Source: Azolla caroliniana
Lineage: Eukaryota > Plantae > Polypodiophyta
DNA length: 64,000 nucleotides
Direction: 5' to 3'
Assembly: GCA_043228905.1 (NCBI GenBank)
Contig: JBHGNT010000015.1
Span: 17,608,001 to 17,672,000 of the forward strand
Made by a program: the position numbers and the translations under genes. The notes beneath the pieces are model-generated. The model was not told the DNA's origin. It searched no databases and saw nothing but the letters and a program-made list of their open reading frames with translations. How positions within the stretch are numbered: the stretch's first letter is position 1; the number at the start of each line of letters is the position of its first letter. This document shows positions 14,891-25,985 of this stretch, one piece after another.

Positions 14891-15222
14891 AAGAAAGAAA
14901 GATATATTAACATCTTTTAAGAGGCGAAAATGGCCTATAAGACCAAACCAGAGATTACATCTTAAGTGCTTTGAGAGAGAGAGAGAGAGAGAGAAAAGAA
15001 AGATATATTAACGTCTTTTAAGAGGCCAAAATGGCCTATAAGACCAAATAAGAGAGAAAGAGATAAGAGGAAGATGCATTTACTTGTGAGGGTAAACACT
15101 CTCTGTTTGGAGGAGACGCTAAAGCCATTGCTCTTGAAGACTCGGAAAGCCATGAGTATTCTGTTGTCCGTGTCTCTGAAGGTCGATTCCACCAGGCGGA
15201 GAAGCTCTGCATCCTCCGCCAT
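3224..15222 (-). CDS. SEC3: Exocyst complex component SEC3, 19 exons visible (676 codons); C-terminal exons not in the window. Exons: 15222-15084, 8629-8556, 8463-8383, 8296-8229, 8140-8038, 7896-7751, 7015-6898, 6829-6725, 6612-6511, 6435-6298, 6011-5883, 5807-5727, 5643-5569, 5421-5254, 4224-4122, 4023-3956, 3872-3702, 3585-3509, 3305-3224
   Basis: Hand-spliced with consistent phases at GT-AG sites plus one GC-AG intron. Peptides match plant SEC3: [122 protein letters not shown]. Confidence 0.93.
4381..4490. repeat. Copy of a ~60-110 bp dispersed repeat with an AGGCCA-AAA-TGGCCT hairpin and a (GAAA)n/(GA)n end. Other copies at ~7238-7345, 7452-7506, 8750-8862, 14889-14968, 14994-15049
   Basis: Shared core gatatattaa(c/t)gtcttttaagaggccaaaatggcctataagaccaaa appears six times, all in the same orientation and all within SEC3 introns. 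Confidence 0.85.
10873..11289. mobile_element. MITE / non-autonomous TIR element interrupting the copia RNaseH
   Basis: ~24-bp TIRs agctaacaatcagcaacggttcgg / ccgaaccgttgttgactgttagct; AT-rich core with many aaccg/cggtt motifs; the copia frame resumes exactly after it. Confidence 0.85.
12339..12930. mobile_element. hAT-type MITE
   Basis: TIR CATAGTTC / GAACTATG with a perfect 8-bp TSD CTCGGGAC (12331-12338, 12931-12938); subterminal cgta/tacg motifs. Confidence 0.88.
13160..14240 (-). mobile_element. Copia 5' end remnant (LTR, tRNA-iMet PBS, decayed gag)
   Basis: gctctgatacca at 14025-14036 is TGGTATCAGAGC on the minus strand; LTR-like sequence ~14039-14240; gag-like [14 protein letters not shown] at ~13460-13520. 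Confidence 0.7.
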
Positions 15223-15227
15223 CGCTC

Positions 15228-15283
<56 letters not shown>

Positions 15284-15444
15284 TCGCTGAGGATCGAAGA
15301 ACTCTCTCTCCTTCCTCCTCCTTCTGAAGAGGAGAAGAGATCCAAACCAAGGAAGCAGAGTTCTTCTGATCCGTTGCTTTCCATGGATGGAGCCGATGGC
15401 GTCAGTTGTCGCCTCCATATCCTCCGCATCACCAGATCACCTCT

Positions 15445-15500
<56 letters not shown>

Positions 15501-16008
15501 AAGGTTGTGCCGTTGACTCTCTCTCTCTCTCTCTCTCGCTCTGTGTATTATATGTTTTCACAGAACAGACTGTCTTCTTGGATATATCTTTTCAAAAGTA
15601 TGGTCCACCATGCATAGTCCTGTCTAAATTTGGCAATATAGCCCTAATTTGGCAATACATTCCTAATCTTAATAGACAATTGGTATTGGTTACGCTATCA
15701 ACTAGACGTCAGCAATGGCTCCGCTCAAGCCTGAACCGAGCTGTTAAACCGTTGGGGGTTCGGTTTGGTTCATGTTTGAGCTTCCTCAACCAGTTTGAGC
15801 TCAGTTTAGAATGGCTCAAGCTGAACCAAACCATTTTGGGCCAAACCGATTAAGCTAAAACTAAACCGTTGCCGATTCCTATAGTATCAACCCCAATCCC
15901 GCAAATGAACCCAAAGCATATGGTGTCACAACAAGGAATAGCTATTTGAGTCTATGTACAGAGTTAATATATGAGTTAAGATATGTTTTGAAAGACCTTA
16001 CATGCCAG

Positions 16009-16228
16009 TAAGGTGTCCCAAATTAGCGTGATGGAAACTAAATTAGCAACCAAACTGCCTTCAAATGAAACTGTAAGAGGATAAAACATACTCTAATGCA
16101 CTTAGACATCTTTAAAATAAGGTGTCCCAAATTAGCATGATGGAAACTAAAGTAGCAGCCAAACTGCCTTCAAATGAAACTGTAAGAGGATAAAACATAT
16201 TCTAATGCACTTAGACATCTTTAAAATA
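16009..16228. repeat. Tandem duplication, ~109-bp unit x2
   Basis: taaggtgtcccaaa...gacatctttaaaa occurs twice head to tail. Confidence 0.9.
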
Positions 16229-17548
16229 AAATGTGTGCATACAACTATTATACACACGATGTAGAACTCCAACGATTATTTCTAAGCAATATGCCAAAGT
16301 TCAAGAACTTTTCCTAGACTTCTTGCACAAAACACCATTTTCTATCAATTATAAAGTCGCCCCATAAATGATTATTTCTAACTTGTCTTTTTAACTTCGT
16401 GCTTGGTCCTTGCGTGTACCCATTGTTGAGATCTTTTTACTTTATCTTGTCATGAGATGAATATTCGGCTTCAATAAGTTGTACTTATCTTGCCATAGGA
16501 CTACAAACCCCTCCTTTGTGCTTATTAGGGGTTAGGAGATCCTTGTCGACATTCACATCATTGCTAAAGAGTAGGTGATGTATGATACAAACAACACGAG
16601 AACTTTACATTTTGTATCTACCTTTCCAATTCCAAGAAAATCTAACGTCCCTATCCCATTTAAGATTCACTAGCTCAACTGCGAGTAAGTAAGGCTTCCA
16701 CTTTCACTGAATAGTTTAGTGAAGTTCTATGTTGAACCTTCATGTTTAATTTGTCAAATGCTTATCATATATAAACTTCATGGGCTAGGGGTGAATGGAA
16801 TTTCATACAACAATATAGTACATGATTAAACAAAAATAATCTAAGGGATTTTCATACAACAATTTTAGTACATGATCGAAACAAAATAATCAAAAGAAAG
16901 AAATCTTACTCCAAACTTTTTAATTGATGTTTCATGAAATGTTGTCATTTAAATTCAGGTACCAACAATTTAGAGTTGTTTTGTGATTGTCATGGTGACA
17001 AAGTTAATAAAGATTATTAAGGATTCATATACTTGTGGGTTTTTGTGCTTTAAGAAGAATATATGTTCTTCAATGATGCAAACCATAATCAATATTTCCA
17101 ACACTTATAAGCAAACCATAAACAATCACTATCATTTGCTTGATTTTGGATACTCAATTAGATATGAAAACATTTTCAATCCAATCTTCTTAATATTTTA
17201 TCGGAACTTTCGTATGATGAAGTATACTATCAATGTGATTGGCCTATATAGCATTGATGGACGAAGTTAATTATTAACATTACGTGATCATAAAGAGAAA
17301 TATTAGAGAAATATCCTCATGTAAACCCAATGTTGTATGAATAACCATATGTATTAAAATTGAGTGTTATGAATCGAGTGAACTTTACCACATCCATTGA
17401 AATAAGAAAGATTAGTTGACACTATGCATAGGTCTACAAGTGGGGTTAATTTCCCCTTCGAAAGAGTACATGTTGATGTTGGATTTATTAATAGACCACC
17501 AAAGGAACAAACTATATGAACAAGGAAGACAAATCCATGATCGTATGC

Positions 17549-20372
17549 TCACATAGCGTGGGAATACTTGGGCAATATTCTTGGCTTGAGTTGCTCGAGA
17601 ACATATTGTGAAACTTGGAGAGCAAGAAGTGGATTCTTCATCGCAAATTCTTCATATTCACGACAATACATGAGTGATTCATAATTGAGTAGAATCGTAT
17701 TCATTGCTCCCTGCTTCAAATCAGTGGATGAGCTCAATCGAGTTGAAACCTCAAGGACTTCAAGGGCATTCTTGGCACCCATGTTATCCACAAGGTGACC
17801 CTCACACATATCGACGAGTAGTGGGATGTCATACTTATCTGCAGCTTGAATTAGCTTCAATGCATGGTCTTGCAATGCCTCTGCTTTTAATGTCCCATAA
17901 TACATAAACTCTACAAGATATTTAAGCTCCACGTAAGTTGTCTCCGGGATTTGAATCCTCATGCTTTTGCCTTCTACATCACTTGGACTACCTTCCATTT
18001 CTAGCATTGTTCGAAACACCGAAGACCGTGCAGCCTACAAAGAAATAAATTCCATCTTTACTCACATCTTTACAACTTACAATGATGGCAACAAATTTTC
18101 TTGGGTAGAAGAGTCATTTTACCAAGATTACACGATGAGCTTTTAAGGACAACCCCTCCTCAGAAATGAGTTCCAAATCTGTATGGAGTCCTTCTATGAA
18201 AGAATCACCTAATCCACTCAAGTAACTTATTTGTTTTGATGCCATGACCACAGCTTGCTCTAGTTGTTTGATGCGCTTAATCGCGTCACCAAGTCCCTAT
18301 ATATTTTATAAATCCAATCAAAACCTCTTTTTTGAAGAAATTTATCAAATCTATCATTGATATGATGATACTTCGGTAATATTAATGCAAATTGAAATAT
18401 GGGACCACAAAAACCATGAGATTTATATGACACGTGCCTTAAAACTTTCCCTTCACCAAAGGAATTGTGTTTAGAAAGACACACCTAGATTACATTCGTT
18501 TGTCTATTGAGATAAAAAAATGTGATGTGTTCAACATCAAGGGAAAAACCACCCAATTGGGTCGTATTCAAGAGATGCCTAGTAGTTTCGAATGGCCACA
18601 TTCATTATGCAACTACCTTATATGAATGAAATCATTTTAAACCATAGATAGGTGTCCATATATGCATCGATGATCGCATGATGGGCCGTAATCAAGGTTG
18701 CATATACATTAGCATTTACATAACCAATGATACATTAATCAAGCTATTTAGATGAAATCCTAGAATGTTAGGTTGTTGGTGAGACTCGAACATAGATGGG
18801 TATGGGACCATTGGCTAGTAAATGGCATATGTGGTTGTGCATGTGAAAGATAGGCCTGCCTGATAGATCAGGAACATAGACCACATTGTGTCAAACAACC
18901 TTTGGGCTTATTGATGCATCAATGCCCAGGTACCCATATGGTGCACTCTTGTTATTGTTAGAACCCCAAAGCATCTAATTAAGTGGTTTTTAACTTAATT
19001 GTAACGAAGCAATTAAGGAGAGATTAGCAATGTCAAAAGAATAATTCAAGGTATTCGAGACATGATTAAGATGCAATTAAAGTAGCATTTTTGAACAAGA
19101 TTTTGCACGCGCAATTTAGAAGAGACTAGCAATCAAGTAAGGATTTTTTGCGAGATTTGGCGATTAAGAGGAATTTAGGGCACTTAAAACATAATTAAGG
19201 AGTAATTAAGGAAAGATAGCCATCCATAATTAACTACTAGTTAAAAGATTTTAACATTAGCAAGAATTGAGGAATCAAGCAAGAGAAGTTTGGTCGATTG
19301 GCACATGGTTAAGGAAAAATTAGCGAGGAGAAACTAATTAACTTGTAATCAAGGAGAGATTAGGAAGGAGGAGATTAATTAATATGCAATTAAGAAATGA
19401 TTCAGAAGGAGGGAGATTAATTATCATGCAATTTGGAAAGATTATCAAGACTGCTTGATTAAAGGAAAATTCGCAAGCAAGAGACAAACTTTAGAGCAAC
19501 TAAAAATGATTAAGAAGTGGTAAGACACATTGAGGAGGCGATTAAGGAAACGTGATTAAGGAGGAGATGGGACTTGATTAAGGAGGCATTGGAATACGAT
19601 TAAGCAGGCCATGAAATGTGATATAAGGAAGCCATGAAAGAAAGATTAATCAGAGAACAGAGGACAACTTTGAGGGCACATGAACTTCCACTAGTAAAAG
19701 CATTTGTAGCCAGGAGCACAAGATTAAGGAGAGAATTTATGCAAGAGAAAGGATGAGGTTAACAGGAAATCAAGGAGAAATCAAGAGATTAGCACGACAT
19801 TGGGGAAATAAAGGAGATTAATTAGCGATTCGAGGGACGATTAGGCGAAAGAAGACCTGATTAACAAGCGATCAAGGCAAGTTTTAAAAAAAAAGAACAT
19901 AAATTTGAAGGGATCTAGGAGGCATCATATATACCTTGGTCCTTGGGGTAGTGGTGGAAGAGAATGATTTGGTGATGGAGTTGCTGGGTGTGGGCAGGCG
20001 GGATGTCGAATATGTCCGCCTGGACGAAGAAGACAAATTCTCAGGTTTTATGGTATGATTCTGCTTGCTACTACTACTACTACTACTACTGTTGTTATTC
20101 GCATTATTGGCCGACTGATGATCTGCCGCCCCGCTTCCGGAAACTACTAGCAATCCATGGCTGTCGGGGCGGTACCGGACATTGTCGGCATCATCCGCGC
20201 TCGCGAATTCGAGCAGGAGCTGCGAGGATCGGCCATCGGGCCCCGACAGGAGCACACAATCCAATCGGCTCGACAACTCTATGATCTCCTTAGCACCCTC
20301 GAAGCAACGCGCGCACAGGCTGTTCCGGGCTCGGAACAGGTGAGCCGATTGCTCACATAAGCAACAATCCAT
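17549..20372 (-). CDS. BTB/POZ domain protein, At3g56230-like (~365 aa). Exons 20372-19935, 18296-18123, 18034-17549
   Basis: N-terminal MDCCLC..RNSLCARCFEGAK motif; exon 2 GLHTDLELISEEGLSLKAHRVIL spliced to AARSSVFRTML..LVEFMYYG..AADKYDIPLLVDMCE (BTB core). All introns are phase 0 GT-AG; (TAC)n encodes poly-Ser. Confidence 0.9.
18956..19882. mobile_element. LTR-like fragment in BTB intron 1
   Basis: Starts TGTTAG; purine-skewed with a recurring gattaagga motif; ends abruptly; no second terminus. Confidence 0.4.
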
Positions 20373-20751
20373 GGTCTCTTCTTATGTTTATGAATCAAAT
20401 AACTATATGTGTTTATGTGAGTATACTTCAAAACACAACAATATATGTGTATAAAATTTCCCCCTCCCCTTATACCTCTGTTTTTGTGTAGGAAGAAAAC
20501 CCTAAATTATGTGGCGCCATAGCTGGTGAGCTTCTAGATCAAGCTGATCGGTTATATGCCACCAGAATATGATCAAAATTGCTCTACCCCAATTCATTTA
20601 TTTATTGAATTCCCTGGTGTGAAGTTTTTGTCGGTTATTATAACGACATGTCTCCAAAGACCTTCTCCTTTCATTTTTCTTTTTTTCCTCCAATTAATTG
20701 GGGAGCCAACTACTTTTTACCTTCTTCCTCTCTAAACCCCTAAAGCCGCTG

Positions 20752-20882
20752 CTAGATTTGGCAGGATTACTTCTACATTTGGCAAGACTACCTCTAGATC
20801 TGGTAGGAACTACAGCGGTTCTAGATTTGGCAGGACTACCTCTAGATTTTGGCAGGAACTACTTCTAGATTTGGTAGGAACT
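20752..20882. repeat. Minisatellite, ~21-bp unit (ctagatttggcaggactacct) x ~6
   Basis: Seen directly upstream of the BTB gene. Confidence 0.8.
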
Positions 20883-23874
20883 ACTACTACTACTACTCCT
20901 ACTATTGGGAGGTTTCACATTAGTAGGCCCCGGCCGACTTACTCATATCACCTCTCGTGTCCCCGCCTTCGTACTGGTTCTTCCCATCATTATTATCCTC
21001 CCAATCATATCCGACTTTCCACACCTGGTTTTCGCAACTCCTTCCTTGCGTACCTCCAAGTTCCATGCTAAACTTGAACATCCTAGGACCTCCTAATCGG
21101 CCTCTGCACTAGCCCTAACACCATCTCTGGACTCATTCTACATATATTCACCTCAGAGTCATCTTCTTGTATTACAATACAATGGTTCTCATATCCTAAT
21201 TTGAATGATCTCAAACGTTTCATGTTGGATTCATATGAGTTGTGTGCCAACTCCAACTTACACTAACGTCATGGATTTTTCCTTTCTTATTTCAAGTGTA
21301 TACATGGTGTTAAGGTGAATGGCCCTACGATAAGCTTGATCATCGTGCATCTCATTAATCCCCACAACACGAGAAGTTTATTTGGCATGCTTGTTATCTA
21401 TCCTAATTCCTACATTATCGAGTTTATTTTGCAACATTTGTAAATAAATTTTCTCTAGCAGTTGGGCCATCCCCCAATAGCCACATAGAAGGATCCATAC
21501 CTCGTTATTGTATGTTTCATCTACATTTGCTTCATCTTCATTCAATTGATCTTGTTCTTAATGCTCCTTGAGCTTGTGATGTTTAGGCTTGGCCCTTATT
21601 GGAGTGGACCATGTTGATATGTAATGTTTGTTTCAATAACATTTTTGGGGTATTTCATGGCTCCACCAATATTAAGAAATGTCTCCAGCGACCATCAATT
21701 GCATATTCTACATTACAAATGTCACGAGACCTTGCGACCAAGTATCTAAACAATGTGAACAATGCAATTTGTATATGGAATATGCAAATGAGATTATGAC
21801 AATGTTTTATGGCTTCGATTATTTAGATTAGTACATGTCCCCATTTATTTGGCACAATATCAATCATATGGCATTTCTATATAATTTATCTAGCAACATA
21901 TATATTGGTCTTTATCTCTTAATGGTCATTTGATTCCAATATCTAATGCTCATTTTCGATCATAACCTTGAAATTTGTTTTTGCTTTATAAGTGAGTCCA
22001 TGATTTGAAATTATGCCGTTTGTTTTCAAGGAATAAGAGAAACATCATCCTCATCTACTTGGGTAGTCAATTGGTCTATATGCATGTGTGATCCTTGGAG
22101 CATAGTTATGTTCATATTCTCGATTACATTAATAGTTCTTTGTGGTTTTATCCCCTTCAAACACAACATATTAACTTTTAAGGGTAGAGATTGTCAATTG
22201 CCAAGTTCATCCGAGTTTTGAGCCGCTTACTCATAATTACCCAATTTTTTGTGAATGATATATATTGTTTATACAATTGATGCTTTATATGGCCCACATC
22301 TATTTGCCTTATGTTCTAATGCTTGTGGAAAAGACTTTCAAAACAAATTACGATTCATAAAGACTTGTAAGTTGTCGTAACTATGACTCTTCAATGGGTA
22401 AAAAACACGATTTCAGAGAATCATCATTATGATGGAATGTGGGGCATATAATATTAAGCAAATTTGTAATAAAACCTAAGACGCTAAACCCAAACAAACT
22501 ATTTATTATCAAACGTTGAATGGTACTTCGAATAAAACACATACAAGTACATAAGCAAATAACCAAATCATACCAAGACCACTTGTGGGGTTAATTGTCA
22601 AATGTCCTCCTATGAACTTTTGACATCATAACTATGACAATTTAATCTACCAAAAGCAGTTGTTCATAGAATTATTGTAATGATGGAATGTGGAGCATAT
22701 AATATTAAGCAAACTTGTAAGAAAACCTAACACCCAAACTATTTATAATCAAATGCTGACTTGTATTTCGAATAACACTTATACAAATACTATAAGAATT
22801 GATTATTAGAAAATGGTTTGTTCGAATATGCTAAATGCATGATAATGATCTATACATATATAATATAAATGTAAAAGGTTAATGGAAGGTGATATGGACA
22901 CATAATGCATGGTTTTAAGCAAATTAAAATAAATGCACACAACAGATGTGATCACAAGGTGGTTCAACACTACTTGTGAAAAGTTAAGATATTTATCTTG
23001 GAATGAGTATTTTAATTTGAACCTACCTAAAAGCAATAAAGACAATTGAAAATGTGACAAGTATATGTGAGGATTAATATGACAATCCTAGTCTCTCCTA
23101 CAAAGCTCTTCCAATTTCTCGATGCATAGTTCTTGTTATAACATTCACAACATATGTTAGGTGAAAGTGTAACTAATTTGAACATGCATCACTTTTCTTT
23201 TTCTCATGGAAGACACCTTCATGTCATGCTAAGCCTCAAATGCTAGGTGAGGCTATGATAATTGATGGTCAATAACATGAAAACGAGGACTTCTATATAT
23301 TACATAGAAATGTTTGATTATGTGTGGGGGCTCTAGGAAGCAATTTTCCAACCACTCATGATTACTTAGTTGGTGTTGTTTCCCCTTGCCAAGATCCTTC
23401 CATTATCTACCCCCTTGTAGGGGATATTATCAAAGGATATTGTCAAGCTTCTCGAGACTTCAAGCTACTATGGTGGTGTTAAGCAACACGATTATAGGAG
23501 GTTAAAGTATTATGAAAAGAACCACTTTCTATTGATGGAATAAACTCAATACAAGAGTGAGCAACATATAGAGCTCAAAGGACGACTTAGGCTTGAGTGT
23601 GTAGAAAGAAGAGTTTGAAAAGAGCTATAACGGCTACTTCTATACTTTCTTTCTTTTTCTTCAAAGATTTTCTTGAGTAGTATTAACGAAAAACACTCGA
23701 AGGCTACAACTTGAGCTTGTTTGCCCAGAAGCTTACAATTTTATTTATTTATTTATTTCCAAAACAAAATATACTTCTTATACCAAGCATCATATGCATG
23801 TGAATCATCACCATTACTCCCAACATGTAAGGAATAATTAAAATCCAGATCCCAAAGTAAGAGTTTCCCTTCCA

Positions 23875-24195
23875 TAGCTATCAAGAAAAACAGTATTATG
23901 AGTAGTAGATCCACCATATTGTGATGCCAATGCATCTCTCATATTTTGATACATATCCATCAGAGGATCTGCTCTACTGTTGTGTGAATCAATCCTTGGG
24001 AATATTTGACAGGCCCAAGGAGAATAACTGATGACCTAAGGCAGCCAAGCCATAAGCATATTGAGCAACATTTTGCCGATCGAAGTTGTGAATAGAGTTT
24101 TTTCTTTCTTTTGCAGACTTTTGGAAGTCCCAATGAATGAAATACAATCGCTCTCCCTCCACAAAAATAGACTGGTTTAGATAACCAACCCCCAC
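23875..24195 (-). pseudogene. Orphan fragments of a SAC-domain (SAC1-5/FIG4-like) phosphoinositide phosphatase gene
   Basis: VGYLNQ..ERLYFIHWDFQKSAK, DRQNVAQYAYGLAALGHQLFSLGLS and, after a frameshift, LMDMYQNMRDALASQYGGSTTHNTVF all match plant SAC motifs. No other exons nearby. Confidence 0.8.
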
Positions 24196-25564
24196 ACCAT
24201 CATCACTCATCCTGAAAGAAAAACAGGACATCAGCTTCCTCAAGTCCACATCAACCATCTCGATGTCGCCAATTATCACCAAAATCTTGTACATCAATAG
24301 TCTTGCTAGGCTGCTGATTACGACCAAAATCATGTATTATCAACAACAAATGAGTCTAAAAAAACTTTTCCTCACCTCATGATAATATGCTTCAAACCCC
24401 ACAACATCATCATTCATCCTGATAATAAAATAGGAAATCAACTTCCTCAAGTCCACATCAACCATCTCATTGTCGCCAATTATCACCAAAATCTTGTACC
24501 TACAAAAACAACATGAGCGTACTCTCTACCTCTCCTCATGAAAATATGCGTCAACCCCTGCCAACATCATCACTCATCCTTATCTAAACTAAAAATATGC
24601 TTCATTGTCCGCATCAACCATCTCAGAGATTACCGCGGAAATCGTATTACATCAATAATCTCACCATCTCGCCGATTACCACCCAAATCCTGTACTGGCA
24701 ACAACAAATGAGTCTAAAAAAACTTTCCTCACCTCCTCATGATAATATGCTTCAACCCCCACACCATCATTTCTCATCCCGATCAAAAAACAAAAAATCA
24801 TCTTCCTCAAGTCCACATCAACCATCTCGTTGTCCCCGATTATCACCAAAATCTTGTACCTACTAAAACAACATGAGTGTACTCTCTACCTCTCCTCATG
24901 AAAATTTGCTTCACCCCCCCCCACAAATTATCCTACAAAAGTGATGTGGAGAGGGAGTGTCCAATTAGTACTTAGCATCCCCCCTAGACTAATGCCAACA
25001 TGCTATGAGCAGTGTCATGTCACATATAGTGGGATGTGCCCTAAGAGAGGGTTAGTTATATATCAGGTTCAAGGAACAATATAGTGAAAGGGGAAATTTG
25101 GGAGGAAATGGTCAAAAAGAGTTTGAGGTGAATCTCTTGAATGCCTTCATGCATAGGGTGCACCTTACAAACACTAGTCTTATTGAGGGCGTCACTAGTT
25201 TGGATGCTATACATATCCATGACCCGGTTGACCATGACATTAAGGGCCAAGGCCACGAAATTAACTACAGTTACCATTTTTTTATGATAGCTCTTGAAGG
25301 GACAATAAGAAGGTGCTCTTAGGTCATCTTCATGTGGAGTTGGGGAAGGTGATGTGGAGAGGGAGTGTCCAACTAGTACTTAGCATTCCCCCAGACTAAT
25401 GCCAACATGCTATGAGTAGTGTCATGTCACGTATAGTGGGATGTGCCCCAAGGGAGGGTTAGTTATTCAAGTTCAAGGGACAATATGGTGAAAGGGGAAA
25501 TTTGAGAGGAAATGGTCAGAAAGAGTTTGAGGTGAATCTCTTGAATGCCTTCATGCATAGGTTG
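24190..25564. repeat. Degenerate tandem repeats (cttcctcaagtccacatcaaccatctc family x4; ~408-bp unit x2 starting 24941 and 25349). The second 408-bp unit is split by the gypsy insertion and resumes at 35689
   Basis: Direct repeats seen; the sequence after 35688 continues the unit seen at 25160-25260. Confidence 0.75.
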
Positions 25565-25937
25565 TGTTGTATGTTTGGCTGGACTAGCCGCAACACAGGT
25601 GTCTATCCGACACTTCTCCAAAGGGGTGGTAGGGATAGGATGTTAATACACGCGTATGATAATTACACTTAAGCACAGACGAAGACAAGATTAATCAGCA
25701 TAAGCAAAACTATATTAATTCTTCGCGCTTTCATTACAAAACATCGGATCCTTTTATAGGCATCCGGCCAGATTACAATCGGTGCTCGATAGGCAACCGT
25801 TAACCGAAACCGAATCGGTTCGGATCCGGATCGGTTACAACTACCGGATCCGTCCCTCCTAATAATTCTATTCCTATTTCTATATTTATCCGATCCGACC
25901 TTGCTTTCCCATTTGCCTTCTCTGACCGGCCAACACA

Positions 25938-25978
25938 TGGCACGCCCGTGGGAAAGTGCATTGCACTTCGAACCCACA
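25938..25978 (+). promoter_or_regulatory. Second, antisense PBS / tRNA-3'-end mimic at the position where the PPT should be
   Basis: TGGCACGCCCGTGGGA lies 2 nt from the 3' LTR; in element sense it reads TGTGGGTTCGA-[palindrome]-TCCCACGGGCGTGCCA. Confidence 0.7.
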
Positions 25979-25985
25979 GCCGGCT

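Noticed and set aside
15036-15853. ORFs with poly-(LS) or poly-(ER)
   Set aside because: Translations of (CT)n/(GA)n microsatellites in the SEC3 5' region.
21100-22350. Possible decayed transposase or helicase
   Set aside because: No motif I could identify with confidence.
25938-25985. A real tRNA gene
   Set aside because: Only T-arm and acceptor 3' strand are present, with an insertion and encoded CCA; no D or anticodon arm.
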